Notes: a model not told the origin generated them from the sequence alone. DNA of 32,000 nt from Bifidobacterium longum subsp. longum JCM 1217 (GCF_000196555.1 NC_015067.1:1890001-1922000); one strand, 5' to 3'. Counted from the first letter of the stretch, positions 16,905 to 25,026 are shown. Made by a program: numbers and translations.

Positions 16905-17942
16905 TTACTGGCGATCGGGATCGATGGTCTTTTCGATCTGCTGGGCGACTTCAGGCTCGGCTGCGGACACCGGAATCTCCTCGACGCCGGCAATCTCCTC
17001 CAGCGACTTGGTAGGCACTTCGGCGGGCGAGCTCGGCACGGTGTCGAGACGCGATTCCGCGGCCTCAACATACTTGCGTGGCACCACGTACACCGGGCCG
17101 ACCGCATGCTGCAGCAGGCCCTGGCTGGTGGAGCCCAGCAGCAAGCCAGTGAAGCCGCCGCGACCACGGGAGCCGACAACAACCACATCGTGATCGTAGC
17201 TGGCCTTGGTCAGGGCGCTCACGGCCGGGCCGGAAACGATCTGCTTGTTGATCTTCAGATCAGGATGCGATTCCTGCAACGGCTTGATGCGCACCTCAAG
17301 ATCGTCCTTGTAGGACTCCATGACGGCGTCCTCGCCGTCCACACCCTTCAGGTTCGGCACAGCGGAAATCACGTCCAGTTCCGCACCCCAGCACGTGGCG
17401 AAGTCGGCGGCAATGTCCAGCGCCTTCAGACCCCACTTGGATTCGTCGGAGCCGACGGCCACCTTGGTGATCGTGTTGTTCAGGTGCATCAGGTTACCGT
17501 CATCATCGGTGTACGGCACCACCACAATCGGGCAGTAAGCATATGCCGGCAGCGATGAGGACGTAGTGCCCAGCAGGCGCTCGGCCAGACCGCCCTTGCC
17601 ACGGTTGCCAATGACGATCAGATTGTAGTTACGAGACAATTCGACGAACACCGATGCCGGATCTCCGGTAACAATCAGTGTGGCGGCTTCGACGCCCTGC
17701 TCGTCTGCGATGGCCTTGGCCTTGGACAGAATCTCCTGAGCATCGGAATGCGCGGCGTTATCGTCCCCCATCGCCGTGTAAGTGGCATCGAACGAAACGG
17801 CGGCATAGCTCGGCAGGGAATATGCGCAGACAATCTGCAGCGTCAGCCCCGCGTGCTTTGCATAATTCGCGGCCCACCATGTTGCCTTGTAACTGGCATG
17901 CGACCCGTCAACGCCGACGAGAATAGCCTTGTCGTTAATCAT
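16905..17942 (-). CDS. Universal stress protein, tandem Usp domains
   Basis: 345 aa. ATG 17942 is preceded by AAGGAGG. Two Usp-like halves are present (ILVGVDGS..., VIGNRGKGGLAERLLGTTSS; VAVGSDES..., VVGSRGRGGFTGLLLGSTSQ), plus a C-terminal tail of about 50 aa. Confidence 0.85.
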   Translation of the reverse strand: MINDKAILVGVDGSHASYKATWWAANYAKHAGLTLQIVCAYSLPSYAAVSFDATYTAMGDDNAAHSDAQEILSKAKAIADEQGVEAATLIVTGDPASVFVELSRNYNLIVIGNRGKGGLAERLLGTTSSSLPAYAYCPIVVVPYTDDDGNLMHLNNTITKVAVGSDESKWGLKALDIAADFATCWGAELDVISAVPNLKGVDGEDAVMESYKDDLEVRIKPLQESHPDLKINKQIVSGPAVSALTKASYDHDVVVVGSRGRGGFTGLLLGSTSQGLLQHAVGPVYVVPRKYVEAAESRLDTVPSSPAEVPTKSLEEIAGVEEIPVSAAEPEVAQQIEKTIDPDRQ

Positions 17943-18050
17943 GACGACCTCCTTGAAGTTATTGCGGCACGAATACCGCGTATCTCAACAATACCCCGCG
18001 ACACTCGGTTTGGCCGGTATCCTCCGCTCAAAAAGAAATCCGCGTATACG

Positions 18051-18079
18051 AAAAAGGCACACCCCAAAGGACGTGCCTT
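18051..18079 (-). terminator. Intrinsic terminator after the first NlpC/P60 gene
   Basis: The minus strand reads AAGGCAC-gtcctttggggt-GTGCCTT followed by TTTTCG. Confidence 0.55.
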
Positions 18080-18109
18080 AATACGAATTCGCTTACCGCA
18101 TAATTCTTG

Positions 18110-18862
18110 TCACATCACGCGGCGAATGGAATATCCAGCTCCACCGAATACGGAAACGTCGCTTACTGCCGTTCCCTGCACCGGGTTCATAGCATTCATC
18201 ACCTGTCCGTTACCGATGTAAATGGCCGCATGAGTACCATTCGCAAGAATGTCACCCGGCTTGGCATCCGCCAAGCTTGCGACCGGAGTACCCACGGTGG
18301 CTTGAGCACCAGAGGTACGAGGCAGGGAGATGCCAAACTGGGAGAAGACGTACTGCACAAAACCGGAGCAATCCCATCCTGCCGGAGTGTTGCCGCCGGC
18401 AACATACGGATAGCCTTGGAACTTCAGTGAGAAGCTAGCAAGCTCAGCGCCAGTGCCAGTGCCAGTCATTTTACCCAAGTCAACCTGTGGAATCGACGCA
18501 CGCTGTTCAGAGCGGCTGGCTGCCGCAGCAGCAGCGGACTGGGCTGCAGCAGCTTCATCAGCGGCTTTCTGAGCCGCCGCCGCTGCAGCAGCTTCCTTCT
18601 CGCCCTGAGACTCGGTCTGTGGCACATCAAGAGTCTCGATGCCACCCCATTTAGAGTTCTCATCAACCGAGGTGGAGGTGGATTCGGCGAACAAATTCTT
18701 CTTCACCGAACTCGCCTTCGGGAAAGAACGTGAGGACACCACAGCACTCGTCTGCGCGGAATCGGCAGAGGCAAACGGGGCTACGCACGCAAACATGGCA
18801 CCCGTGGCGATAATCGCCACTGATGTGGAAATAATAGTCTTAACGCTCATCATCAACGCCAT
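18110..18862 (-). CDS. Secreted NlpC/P60 (C40) peptidoglycan endopeptidase
   Basis: 250 aa. It has a signal-peptide-like N-terminus (…IIATGAMFACVAPFASA) and an Ala/Glu/Gln-rich linker. The C-terminal NlpC/P60 domain has the catalytic Cys in WDCSGFVQYVF and His in HAAIYIGNGQ. Alternative starts lie at 18853 and 18850. Confidence 0.85.
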   Translation of the reverse strand: MALMMSVKTIISTSVAIIATGAMFACVAPFASADSAQTSAVVSSRSFPKASSVKKNLFAESTSTSVDENSKWGGIETLDVPQTESQGEKEAAAAAAAQKAADEAAAAQSAAAAAASRSEQRASIPQVDLGKMTGTGTGAELASFSLKFQGYPYVAGGNTPAGWDCSGFVQYVFSQFGISLPRTSGAQATVGTPVASLADAKPGDILANGTHAAIYIGNGQVMNAMNPVQGTAVSDVSVFGGAGYSIRRVM

Positions 18863-18948
18863 ACACTAGCACACATGGGTCGATTTCATAACAGGAATAG
18901 CATTTCGAAGATGATGTCGCGGGTGCATCATTCGGCAGGAGAACGCAA

Positions 18949-18982
18949 CAGGCCTCGGATACCGATCGGCATCCGAGGCCTG
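18949..18982 (-). terminator. Strong hairpin after the second NlpC/P60-like gene
   Basis: CAGGCCTCGGAT-accgatcggc-ATCCGAGGCCTG: a 12-bp perfect stem. The minus-strand tail is TTGCGTTCTCC. Confidence 0.55.
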
Positions 18983-19007
18983 CAATAAATCAATCAATAA
19001 GACTGCA

Positions 19008-19754
19008 TCACGGGATACGCACCACGATGGTGAGCTTTTCGGTCATGGCACTAGCGAGAGCCACGCTATAGCCATTCCATCCACCATGGACCGCCTGACC
19101 GTTGCCGACATACAACGCCACATGATCGTAGTGTGCACCACCGTTCCATCCACCGGTGTTGGCATAAATCAGAATATCGCCCGGCTGCAGGGATCCGTCT
19201 GTGACTACGTGGCCACCAGGAACATTGACGTACTCTTCAGGCCAACCGTGGAAGTTAATGCCACGGGCCGCCAACGCTTGACTGACCAATGCGGTGCAGT
19301 CCATGCTCTGTCCGATCAAAGAATACGCACGGTCGATAGAGGCACCGGCACCAGCGGAAACCGAACCACTGGCATCGGAATAAGTAACAGAAGAGCGAGA
19401 CTCATTACGGCTCGCGGCGTTGGCCTGCTCCTGGGTCGCCTGAGCCTCGACCTCCGCCTGCTTCTCGGCCTCCTCTTCGGCAGCCTTCTTGGCCGCTGCG
19501 GCATCCTTTTCCGCCTGAGATTCCGTCTGCGGCACATCGAGGTTCTCAATGCCGCCCCAATCAGCATTGTCCTCAACGCTCGTGGCAGTGGCTTCAGTCG
19601 TCAGATCTTTGCGCACCTGGGTGTACGAGGGGAAGGACTTGGTGGAAGTCACAGTAACACCCTCAGCTGCAGTTGCTGTAGGAACAAACATAAACAAGCA
19701 GGCACAGGAGACAATCGCGGCAACAATGGAAGAAGCTACAGTTTTGGTCTTCAT
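19008..19754 (-). CDS. Secreted NlpC/P60-like cell-wall hydrolase (paralogue of the 18110-18862 gene at its N-terminus)
   Basis: 248 aa with a signal peptide (…CLFMFVPTATAAEG). The N-terminal module and the Ala/Glu/Gln linker are shared with the neighbouring gene. The C-terminal domain has Cys in MDCTALVSQAL and His in HVALYVGNGQ. Confidence 0.75.
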   Translation of the reverse strand: MKTKTVASSIVAAIVSCACLFMFVPTATAAEGVTVTSTKSFPSYTQVRKDLTTEATATSVEDNADWGGIENLDVPQTESQAEKDAAAAKKAAEEEAEKQAEVEAQATQEQANAASRNESRSSVTYSDASGSVSAGAGASIDRAYSLIGQSMDCTALVSQALAARGINFHGWPEEYVNVPGGHVVTDGSLQPGDILIYANTGGWNGGAHYDHVALYVGNGQAVHGGWNGYSVALASAMTEKLTIVVRIP

Positions 19755-19966
19755 AGAACTATCACCCTACACGGTGCGCATTAACTCGTACAGGATGGAA
19801 GAAATAAAACACCCCGGAGCTATTGGGATATATCGGCGTGTCGGCACAGGTCAGTTCGGACTAATACGCGGCCGCAACACTTGAAATGTCATTTCGCGCG
19901 AACGATTGCCGATAGGGCGACGTCACATCCGAACAGTAATCACCGAATGTAAGCCAATGAAATGAA

Positions 19967-20923
19967 TCAGTAGTGAACGTACTGGAACTTACCGGCTTCG
20001 GCGGCGCTGAACGTACGGGTCGAAATCACACCCAATCCCTTGGCATTGGATTCGGAGATCTCAATGGAGCCGTCGGCATTGATCTTTTCCAGAACGGCAA
20101 CATGGCCGTACGCGCCATCGGCATCGGCCTGGCCAGGAGCGAACACCACAGCATCACCGACATGGCGAGGAGTGTTGTCCACCCAATAGCCCAGAGCGGA
20201 AGCTGACGCCGCCCACGCGCCACCATTGCCGAAGTTGCCGCTGGAAGGCAGGCCCAGTTCGGCACGACGCTGGTACGCGTACCACGTGCACTGACCCCAC
20301 GGATAGTTGTTGGAGTTGGTGCCAACGGCATGGTTCGGGTTGAAGCCAGCCGGCACAGCATCGCCATCGGCATCCACGAGAGCCGACACCACAGGATTGT
20401 TCGCATTATTGCGATTCATCAGCTTGGCGTCCAAGGTGCTGTCTGAATTGCTCAGCCCCCAGCCGCCTTCATTGGTGGACTGTGCGGTAACGGAGGATGA
20501 ACTCAAATCAGTACGCGCTTCGGAACGAGAAGCCGCAGTCACATCGCTGATGCGCTTAATCTGCGTGGTCGTCGTGGCCGGATCAGCCACGAACGAGTTC
20601 GTGGCGTCTTCATTGTTGGAAAACGCGAGAGCACCTGCGGCCGTGCCGACCAGAGCGGCCAGTGAGGCCGAGGCAAGAATATGGCTACGGCGTTCAGCGG
20701 CACGAGCGGCCTCACGAATGGAACGGCGGGTCTGGGGAGCGATTTCGTTGATCTTCTCGGCGATGGCCGGATCAAGCCCCAAAACAACGGCGTCGCTACC
20801 AGCGGATTGCACCGCACGCACAGCACGAACGGAATGAGAACCCTTGCCGGAGGCAAACAATGCCTTCGCTAAGCTGAACTTCTGGCGCGAGACCGTGGTC
20901 GCTTTATGCGAAGCATGCTTCAT
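19967..20923 (-). CDS. CHAP-domain peptidoglycan hydrolase with an N-terminal membrane anchor
   Basis: 318 aa. ATG 20923 is preceded by AAGGAG. There is one TM segment (ILASASLAALVGTAAGALAF). The C-terminal CHAP domain has Cys in YPWGQCTWYAYQRR and His in YGHVAVLEK. Confidence 0.85.
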   Translation of the reverse strand: MKHASHKATTVSRQKFSLAKALFASGKGSHSVRAVRAVQSAGSDAVVLGLDPAIAEKINEIAPQTRRSIREAARAAERRSHILASASLAALVGTAAGALAFSNNEDATNSFVADPATTTTQIKRISDVTAASRSEARTDLSSSSVTAQSTNEGGWGLSNSDSTLDAKLMNRNNANNPVVSALVDADGDAVPAGFNPNHAVGTNSNNYPWGQCTWYAYQRRAELGLPSSGNFGNGGAWAASASALGYWVDNTPRHVGDAVVFAPGQADADGAYGHVAVLEKINADGSIEISESNAKGLGVISTRTFSAAEAGKFQYVHY

Positions 20924-21316
20924 ACTACGTTAACTCCTTGGATGGGTTCGGCGGGGTCATTTCGATGACCTCGTATGACCGTCACAATTGAGTACTGTAC
21001 AACGAACAGAGGTCAATCCTCAATGTGATCCCCCACCATCCGGGTGTGTCAAACGATTTACGTAACCGTGCGGCCGGGTGAAAAAACTGCCTTGTTTCCG
21101 CCCGTTCACGAACCTCACTATCCGGTTATCGGAAGAATCACTAACTCATGTCATTCCGACACACCGTAACCATGATGTGCTGCGTACATTCTGCACTGCA
21201 TTCCGCATTGCCACCACTGCCGCCCGGCACCCCGGAATTCCGCAGTAACCCCGCAGTAATCCCGCACACCGAGCATTATCCGCGATATTCCCCAACACTG
21301 GTCTACCCTTGAAACC

Positions 21317-22459
21317 ATGACTATCACACTGAGTATTCCCGAGTCGCTGAAGCCCGAAGATGGTCGCTTCGGCTCCGGCCCCAGCAAAATCCGCCCCGAA
21401 CAGATCGCCGCGCTCGACGCCGGCGCCACCACCCTGCTTGGCACATCACATCGCCAGGCACCAGTCAAGCAACTGGTCGCTTCGATTCGTGAAGGTCTGC
21501 GCGAGTTCTTCCACCTGCCTGAAGGGTATGAGGTGGCGCTTGGCAACGGTGGCGCCAGCGCGTTCTGGGAGATTGCCTGCGCTTCGCTGATCACCCGTCG
21601 CGCCGCATTCGGCACGTATGGCTCGTTCAGTGCCAAGTTCGCCGCGTCCGCCGCGAACGCACCCTTCCTTGAAGACCCGGTGCTGTTCCCCGGCGAGCCG
21701 GGCACTTACCGTCTACCTGAGCTCACCGAGGGCGTGGACACATATTGCTGGGCTCACAACGAGACCTCCACTGGTGTGGCCGCCCCGATTCGCCGCGTGG
21801 CCGGAAGTCGTGAAGCTGGTGCCTTGACCGTCATCGACGGCACCAGCGCAGCCGGCGCTTTGCCTGTGGACATCAGCCAGACCGACGTCTACTACTTCTC
21901 ACCGCAGAAGGCCTTCGGTGCCGATGGCGGTCTGTGGGTCGCCATCCTCTCCCCCGAAGCTATCGATCGTGCGGCAGGCGTCGAATCAAGCGCTCATCTG
22001 GAAGGCGCACATCGCTGGGTGCCGCCGTTCCTCTCGCTGACCACGGCACTGAACAACTCCCGCAAGGATCAGACCCTGAATACGCCCGCCGTGGCCACCC
22101 TGATCATGATGGAAAACCAGATTCGCTGGCTCAACAACAACGGCGGCCTCGCCTGGGCCACCACACGTTGCGCCAAGTCCGCATCCATCCTGTACTCGTG
22201 GGCCGAGCGCTCCGAATACGCCGCTCCGTTCGTCGTCGATGCGGACGCACGCTCGAACGCCGTGGTCACCATTGATCTGGACGAGCGAGTCCAGGCCTCT
22301 CAGGTACTGTCCATCCTGCGCGAGAACGGCATTGTGGACGCCGCCGGCTACCGCAAGCTGGGCCGCAACCAGCTGCGCGTTGGCGTGTTCCCCTCGGTGG
22401 AACCGGCTGATGTCATGGCCTTCACCAAGTGCGTCGACTACGTGGTCGAGCACCTGTGA
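21317..22459 (+). CDS. serC: Phosphoserine aminotransferase (actinobacterial type)
   Basis: 380 aa, collinear with M. tuberculosis SerC as I recall it (KPEDGRFGSGPSKIR, GTSHRQAPVK, WAHNETSTGVA, YYFSPQKAFGADGGLW, YRKLGRNQLRVGVFP). Confidence 0.9.
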   Translation: MTITLSIPESLKPEDGRFGSGPSKIRPEQIAALDAGATTLLGTSHRQAPVKQLVASIREGLREFFHLPEGYEVALGNGGASAFWEIACASLITRRAAFGTYGSFSAKFAASAANAPFLEDPVLFPGEPGTYRLPELTEGVDTYCWAHNETSTGVAAPIRRVAGSREAGALTVIDGTSAAGALPVDISQTDVYYFSPQKAFGADGGLWVAILSPEAIDRAAGVESSAHLEGAHRWVPPFLSLTTALNNSRKDQTLNTPAVATLIMMENQIRWLNNNGGLAWATTRCAKSASILYSWAERSEYAAPFVVDADARSNAVVTIDLDERVQASQVLSILRENGIVDAAGYRKLGRNQLRVGVFPSVEPADVMAFTKCVDYVVEHL

Positions 22460-22537
22460 TGGCATATATGCCCCGCATTGCCGACCATATATGCCATGCA
22501 CATTGATCGGTCTCAACTGATGCCGATTGAATAAATC

Positions 22538-22567
22538 GTAGGGAGGGATGTTTGACGCCCCTCCCTA
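22538..22567 (+). terminator. Hairpin after serC
   Basis: GTAGGGAGGG-atgtttgacg-CCCTCCCTAC: a 10-bp perfect stem followed by TCTTACT. Confidence 0.5.
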
Positions 22568-22582
22568 CTCTTACTACAGTGC

Positions 22583-22843
22583 ATGAGTATGAAGTTCGCG
22601 CCTCTCATTGACCCTGCCGTCCGCAAACCCGCACCCAAGCCCGTACGGGTGGATCTGCGTAAGGTGTTTGCCATCGGTACCGGTCTATGGATTGTGGCGT
22701 TGATTGTCGTGCTGATTCTGCTGGCCGTGGGCTACAGCGTAATGCCGTTGGTGATTATGTGCGTGGCCGGCGTCATTATTGGCTTGCTACTGCTGGTCTG
22801 GGAATACTTCGACCGCTGGGACTACCGCCGCCTCGGACAGTAA
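22583..22843 (+). CDS. Small two-TM membrane protein (DUF2530-like)
   Basis: 86 aa with a basic N-terminus, two hydrophobic helices and a C-terminal RWDYRRLGQ. A small TM protein near serC is also seen in mycobacteria. No clear RBS is present, and the start could be 22583 or 22589. Confidence 0.55.
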   Translation: MSMKFAPLIDPAVRKPAPKPVRVDLRKVFAIGTGLWIVALIVVLILLAVGYSVMPLVIMCVAGVIIGLLLLVWEYFDRWDYRRLGQ

Positions 22844-22850
22844 CGCAACA

Positions 22851-22966
22851 CAAGCTCCCTCTGATGACGGGAGCTGTCAGCGTAGCTGATTGAGGGAGAG
22901 ACCGCGGCCGCAGGTCGCTCATCAAACAGCATTGGTGGCATGCAAGGCATGCCACCAATTCCTTAC
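22851..22966 (+). repeat. Modular hairpin repeat, copy C (full length, direct; cleanest copy)
   Basis: caagctccctctgatgacgggagct-gtcagcgtagctgat-tgagggagagac-cgcggccgcaggtc-gctcatcaaaca-gc-attggtggcatgcaaggcatgccaccaat-tcctta. Confidence 0.85.
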
Positions 22967-22967
22967 C

Positions 22968-24161
22968 TCACTGCGCCAATGGCAACGTAAGGCTGAACGT
23001 ACTGCCTTGCCCGGGCGCGCTCCATACGGTCACATCGCCATGATGGGTCAGCGCCACATGCTTGACGATGGCCAAGCCTAGGCCCACGCCATCCGCCGTG
23101 CGATTGCTCTGTTCCACGCCCCGGTAGAACCGCTCGAAGATGCGCGCCTGGTCCTTCTTAGCGATGCCCGTGCCTTGGTCAATCACGCGAATCACCGCGC
23201 GGTCGCCATCCTTGTCTTTGGATGCGGACACGCTGACCACGCCATTTTCCTTGGAATAGCCGATGGCGTTTTCGATGAGCTTGGTCACGGCGCTGTCGAT
23301 CTGGTCCGCCTCACCATTGATGACTAGATCATCGTCGCCCTTGATGTTCAGCTGCACGCCAGCCTCGGCTGCCTGCGGCTCCAGTCGCGCCGCCGTGGCC
23401 CTGAGCTGTTCCATAACGTTCAGTCGGTTGGCGGAAGACGGCGTAATCGGCTCCTGCGCGCGTATGAGCAGCAGCAAATCAGACACCATGTGGTTGAGCT
23501 TGCTGCAGCTGGAACGCACCTGGCGAGCGTCGGCAGCCACCTGCTGTTCGTCCAGATTGCCGGACTCCAGCGAATCGGCGAGTTTGGCCAGAGCCTCAGT
23601 GGGGCCCAACAATTGCTCGGACACATTGGTAATAAACGAGTCACGCACTTGAGCGAAACGAATCACATCACTGACATCGGTAATCAACACGATGACGAAC
23701 TGCTCGTTGATACGCCCTACAGTCACCTTCAGCCAGTTGGGGCGGTGGACGGACTGCGTGGCGACGTGATCGCCCTTGTTCTGGTCTGCGACGTACCGCT
23801 CCGGAGTATCGGTGGTCAAGTCGAACTGGCGCTTGCCACCGGACTTGCGCGCCTCGTGAATGGCATCCAGCACATGCTGCTGGGCAATGGCGTCATCTGA
23901 CACCACACCCAGGCGGTAGGCGGCGGGATTGCAGCGGACCACCTCGTCGTGCTCGTCGACCACCACGGACGCACCTGGCAGCATGGACAGCAGCGTGGCG
24001 GTGTCGTCGGACAGATCGTCATTGTCGTCATCATCGGCCAGCGGCGATTCCATGGACACTCGATGTGTCGCAAATCCCACGATGAGCGTGATGATTCCTA
24101 CCACAAATAAAACAGCCGTGACAATAAGAGCAATCGCGGCGACGAGCGGCATCTGTGTCAT
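22968..24161 (-). CDS. SenX3/PhoR-like sensor kinase homologue lacking the H-box histidine
   Basis: 397 aa with one N-terminal TM, an acidic tract (DDDDNDDLSDD) and a PAS-like region. The DHp helix reads RDSFITNVSEQLLGPTEA where SenX3 has RDFVANVSHELKTPVGA. The N box (KLIENAIGYS), G1 (DQGTGI), F (FERFYR) and G2 (GVGLGLAIV) boxes are intact. Confidence 0.85.
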   Translation of the reverse strand: MTQMPLVAAIALIVTAVLFVVGIITLIVGFATHRVSMESPLADDDDNDDLSDDTATLLSMLPGASVVVDEHDEVVRCNPAAYRLGVVSDDAIAQQHVLDAIHEARKSGGKRQFDLTTDTPERYVADQNKGDHVATQSVHRPNWLKVTVGRINEQFVIVLITDVSDVIRFAQVRDSFITNVSEQLLGPTEALAKLADSLESGNLDEQQVAADARQVRSSCSKLNHMVSDLLLLIRAQEPITPSSANRLNVMEQLRATAARLEPQAAEAGVQLNIKGDDDLVINGEADQIDSAVTKLIENAIGYSKENGVVSVSASKDKDGDRAVIRVIDQGTGIAKKDQARIFERFYRGVEQSNRTADGVGLGLAIVKHVALTHHGDVTVWSAPGQGSTFSLTLPLAQ

Positions 24162-24351
24162 GCCCCCATTCTTTCACACCACACGCCGGGATTGCGGTTT
24201 GCCGGCACGCCGGTAACATGAATTTCAGGTGAACAACCCAATGAACAGTAGAACAACTTGAGGTTGCCATTACCTACGTTGAAGTGGGGAACAAGTACTG
24301 GAATAATACACTGGTACAGGTTGCAATAAGCAAGCATGAAAGGCTAGAGAA

Positions 24352-25026
24352 ATGCGCGTTATTTTCAACGAGGAGCTGAAGCAGGTTGCTGACGACCTCG
24401 ACCGTATGGCGCAGAACGTACGCAAGGCGATCAAAGGAGCTGGGGAAGCCCTGCTGAATCAGGACGTTGAAGCCGCACAGACTGTGATTGACGGCGACAT
24501 CGAAATCGATGCCCTGGAGTCCTCTGTGATTGACCAGTGCGTCAAGTTGCTCGCCAAGCAGAATCCGGTGGCCACCGATCTGCGTGTGGTCGTTTCCACC
24601 ATGCGTCTGGCTTCCACGTTCGAGCGTATGGGCGATCTTGCCCGCCACGTGGCCGAGGCCGCTCGCCGCACCTATCCGGCCGCCGCGATTCCTGAATCCG
24701 CTCAACCGGTGTTCGCCGAGATGATCGACTTCCTGGACAACACCGCTGACCAGCTGGTGGCCATGCTCTTCGATCGCGATGCCAAGACCGCCGAGGCCAT
24801 CATCCTGGCTGACGACAAGCTGGACAATCTGCACCACCAGACCTTCGATCTAGCGCTGTCCGATGACATCACCCGTCAGCAGACCGTGGATATCGTGCTG
24901 CTGGGCCGCTTCCTGGAGCGTCTCGGCGATCACGCCGTGTCCGCCGCCCGCCGTGTGGTGTACATCGTCTCCGGCTTCGACCCCACTAAGGAGCCGACCC
25001 GCGACGAGGGCACCGACATCGACTGA
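24352..25026 (+). CDS. phoU: Phosphate signalling/transport accessory protein PhoU
   Basis: 224 aa with the two-repeat PhoU architecture. The first half has D..I...E and ERMGDLARHVAE. The second half has DD.LD and the LERLGDHAVS motif. Confidence 0.9.
   Translation: MRVIFNEELKQVADDLDRMAQNVRKAIKGAGEALLNQDVEAAQTVIDGDIEIDALESSVIDQCVKLLAKQNPVATDLRVVVSTMRLASTFERMGDLARHVAEAARRTYPAAAIPESAQPVFAEMIDFLDNTADQLVAMLFDRDAKTAEAIILADDKLDNLHHQTFDLALSDDITRQQTVDIVLLGRFLERLGDHAVSAARRVVYIVSGFDPTKEPTRDEGTDID

Noticed and set aside
19755-19966. A second ydaO-like riboswitch upstream of the 19008-19754 hydrolase gene.
   Set aside because: Only short strings resemble the consensus (AAUCGUU, GUCCGAACUGAC, GGGGUG), and they are in the wrong order. 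There is no convincing closing helix.
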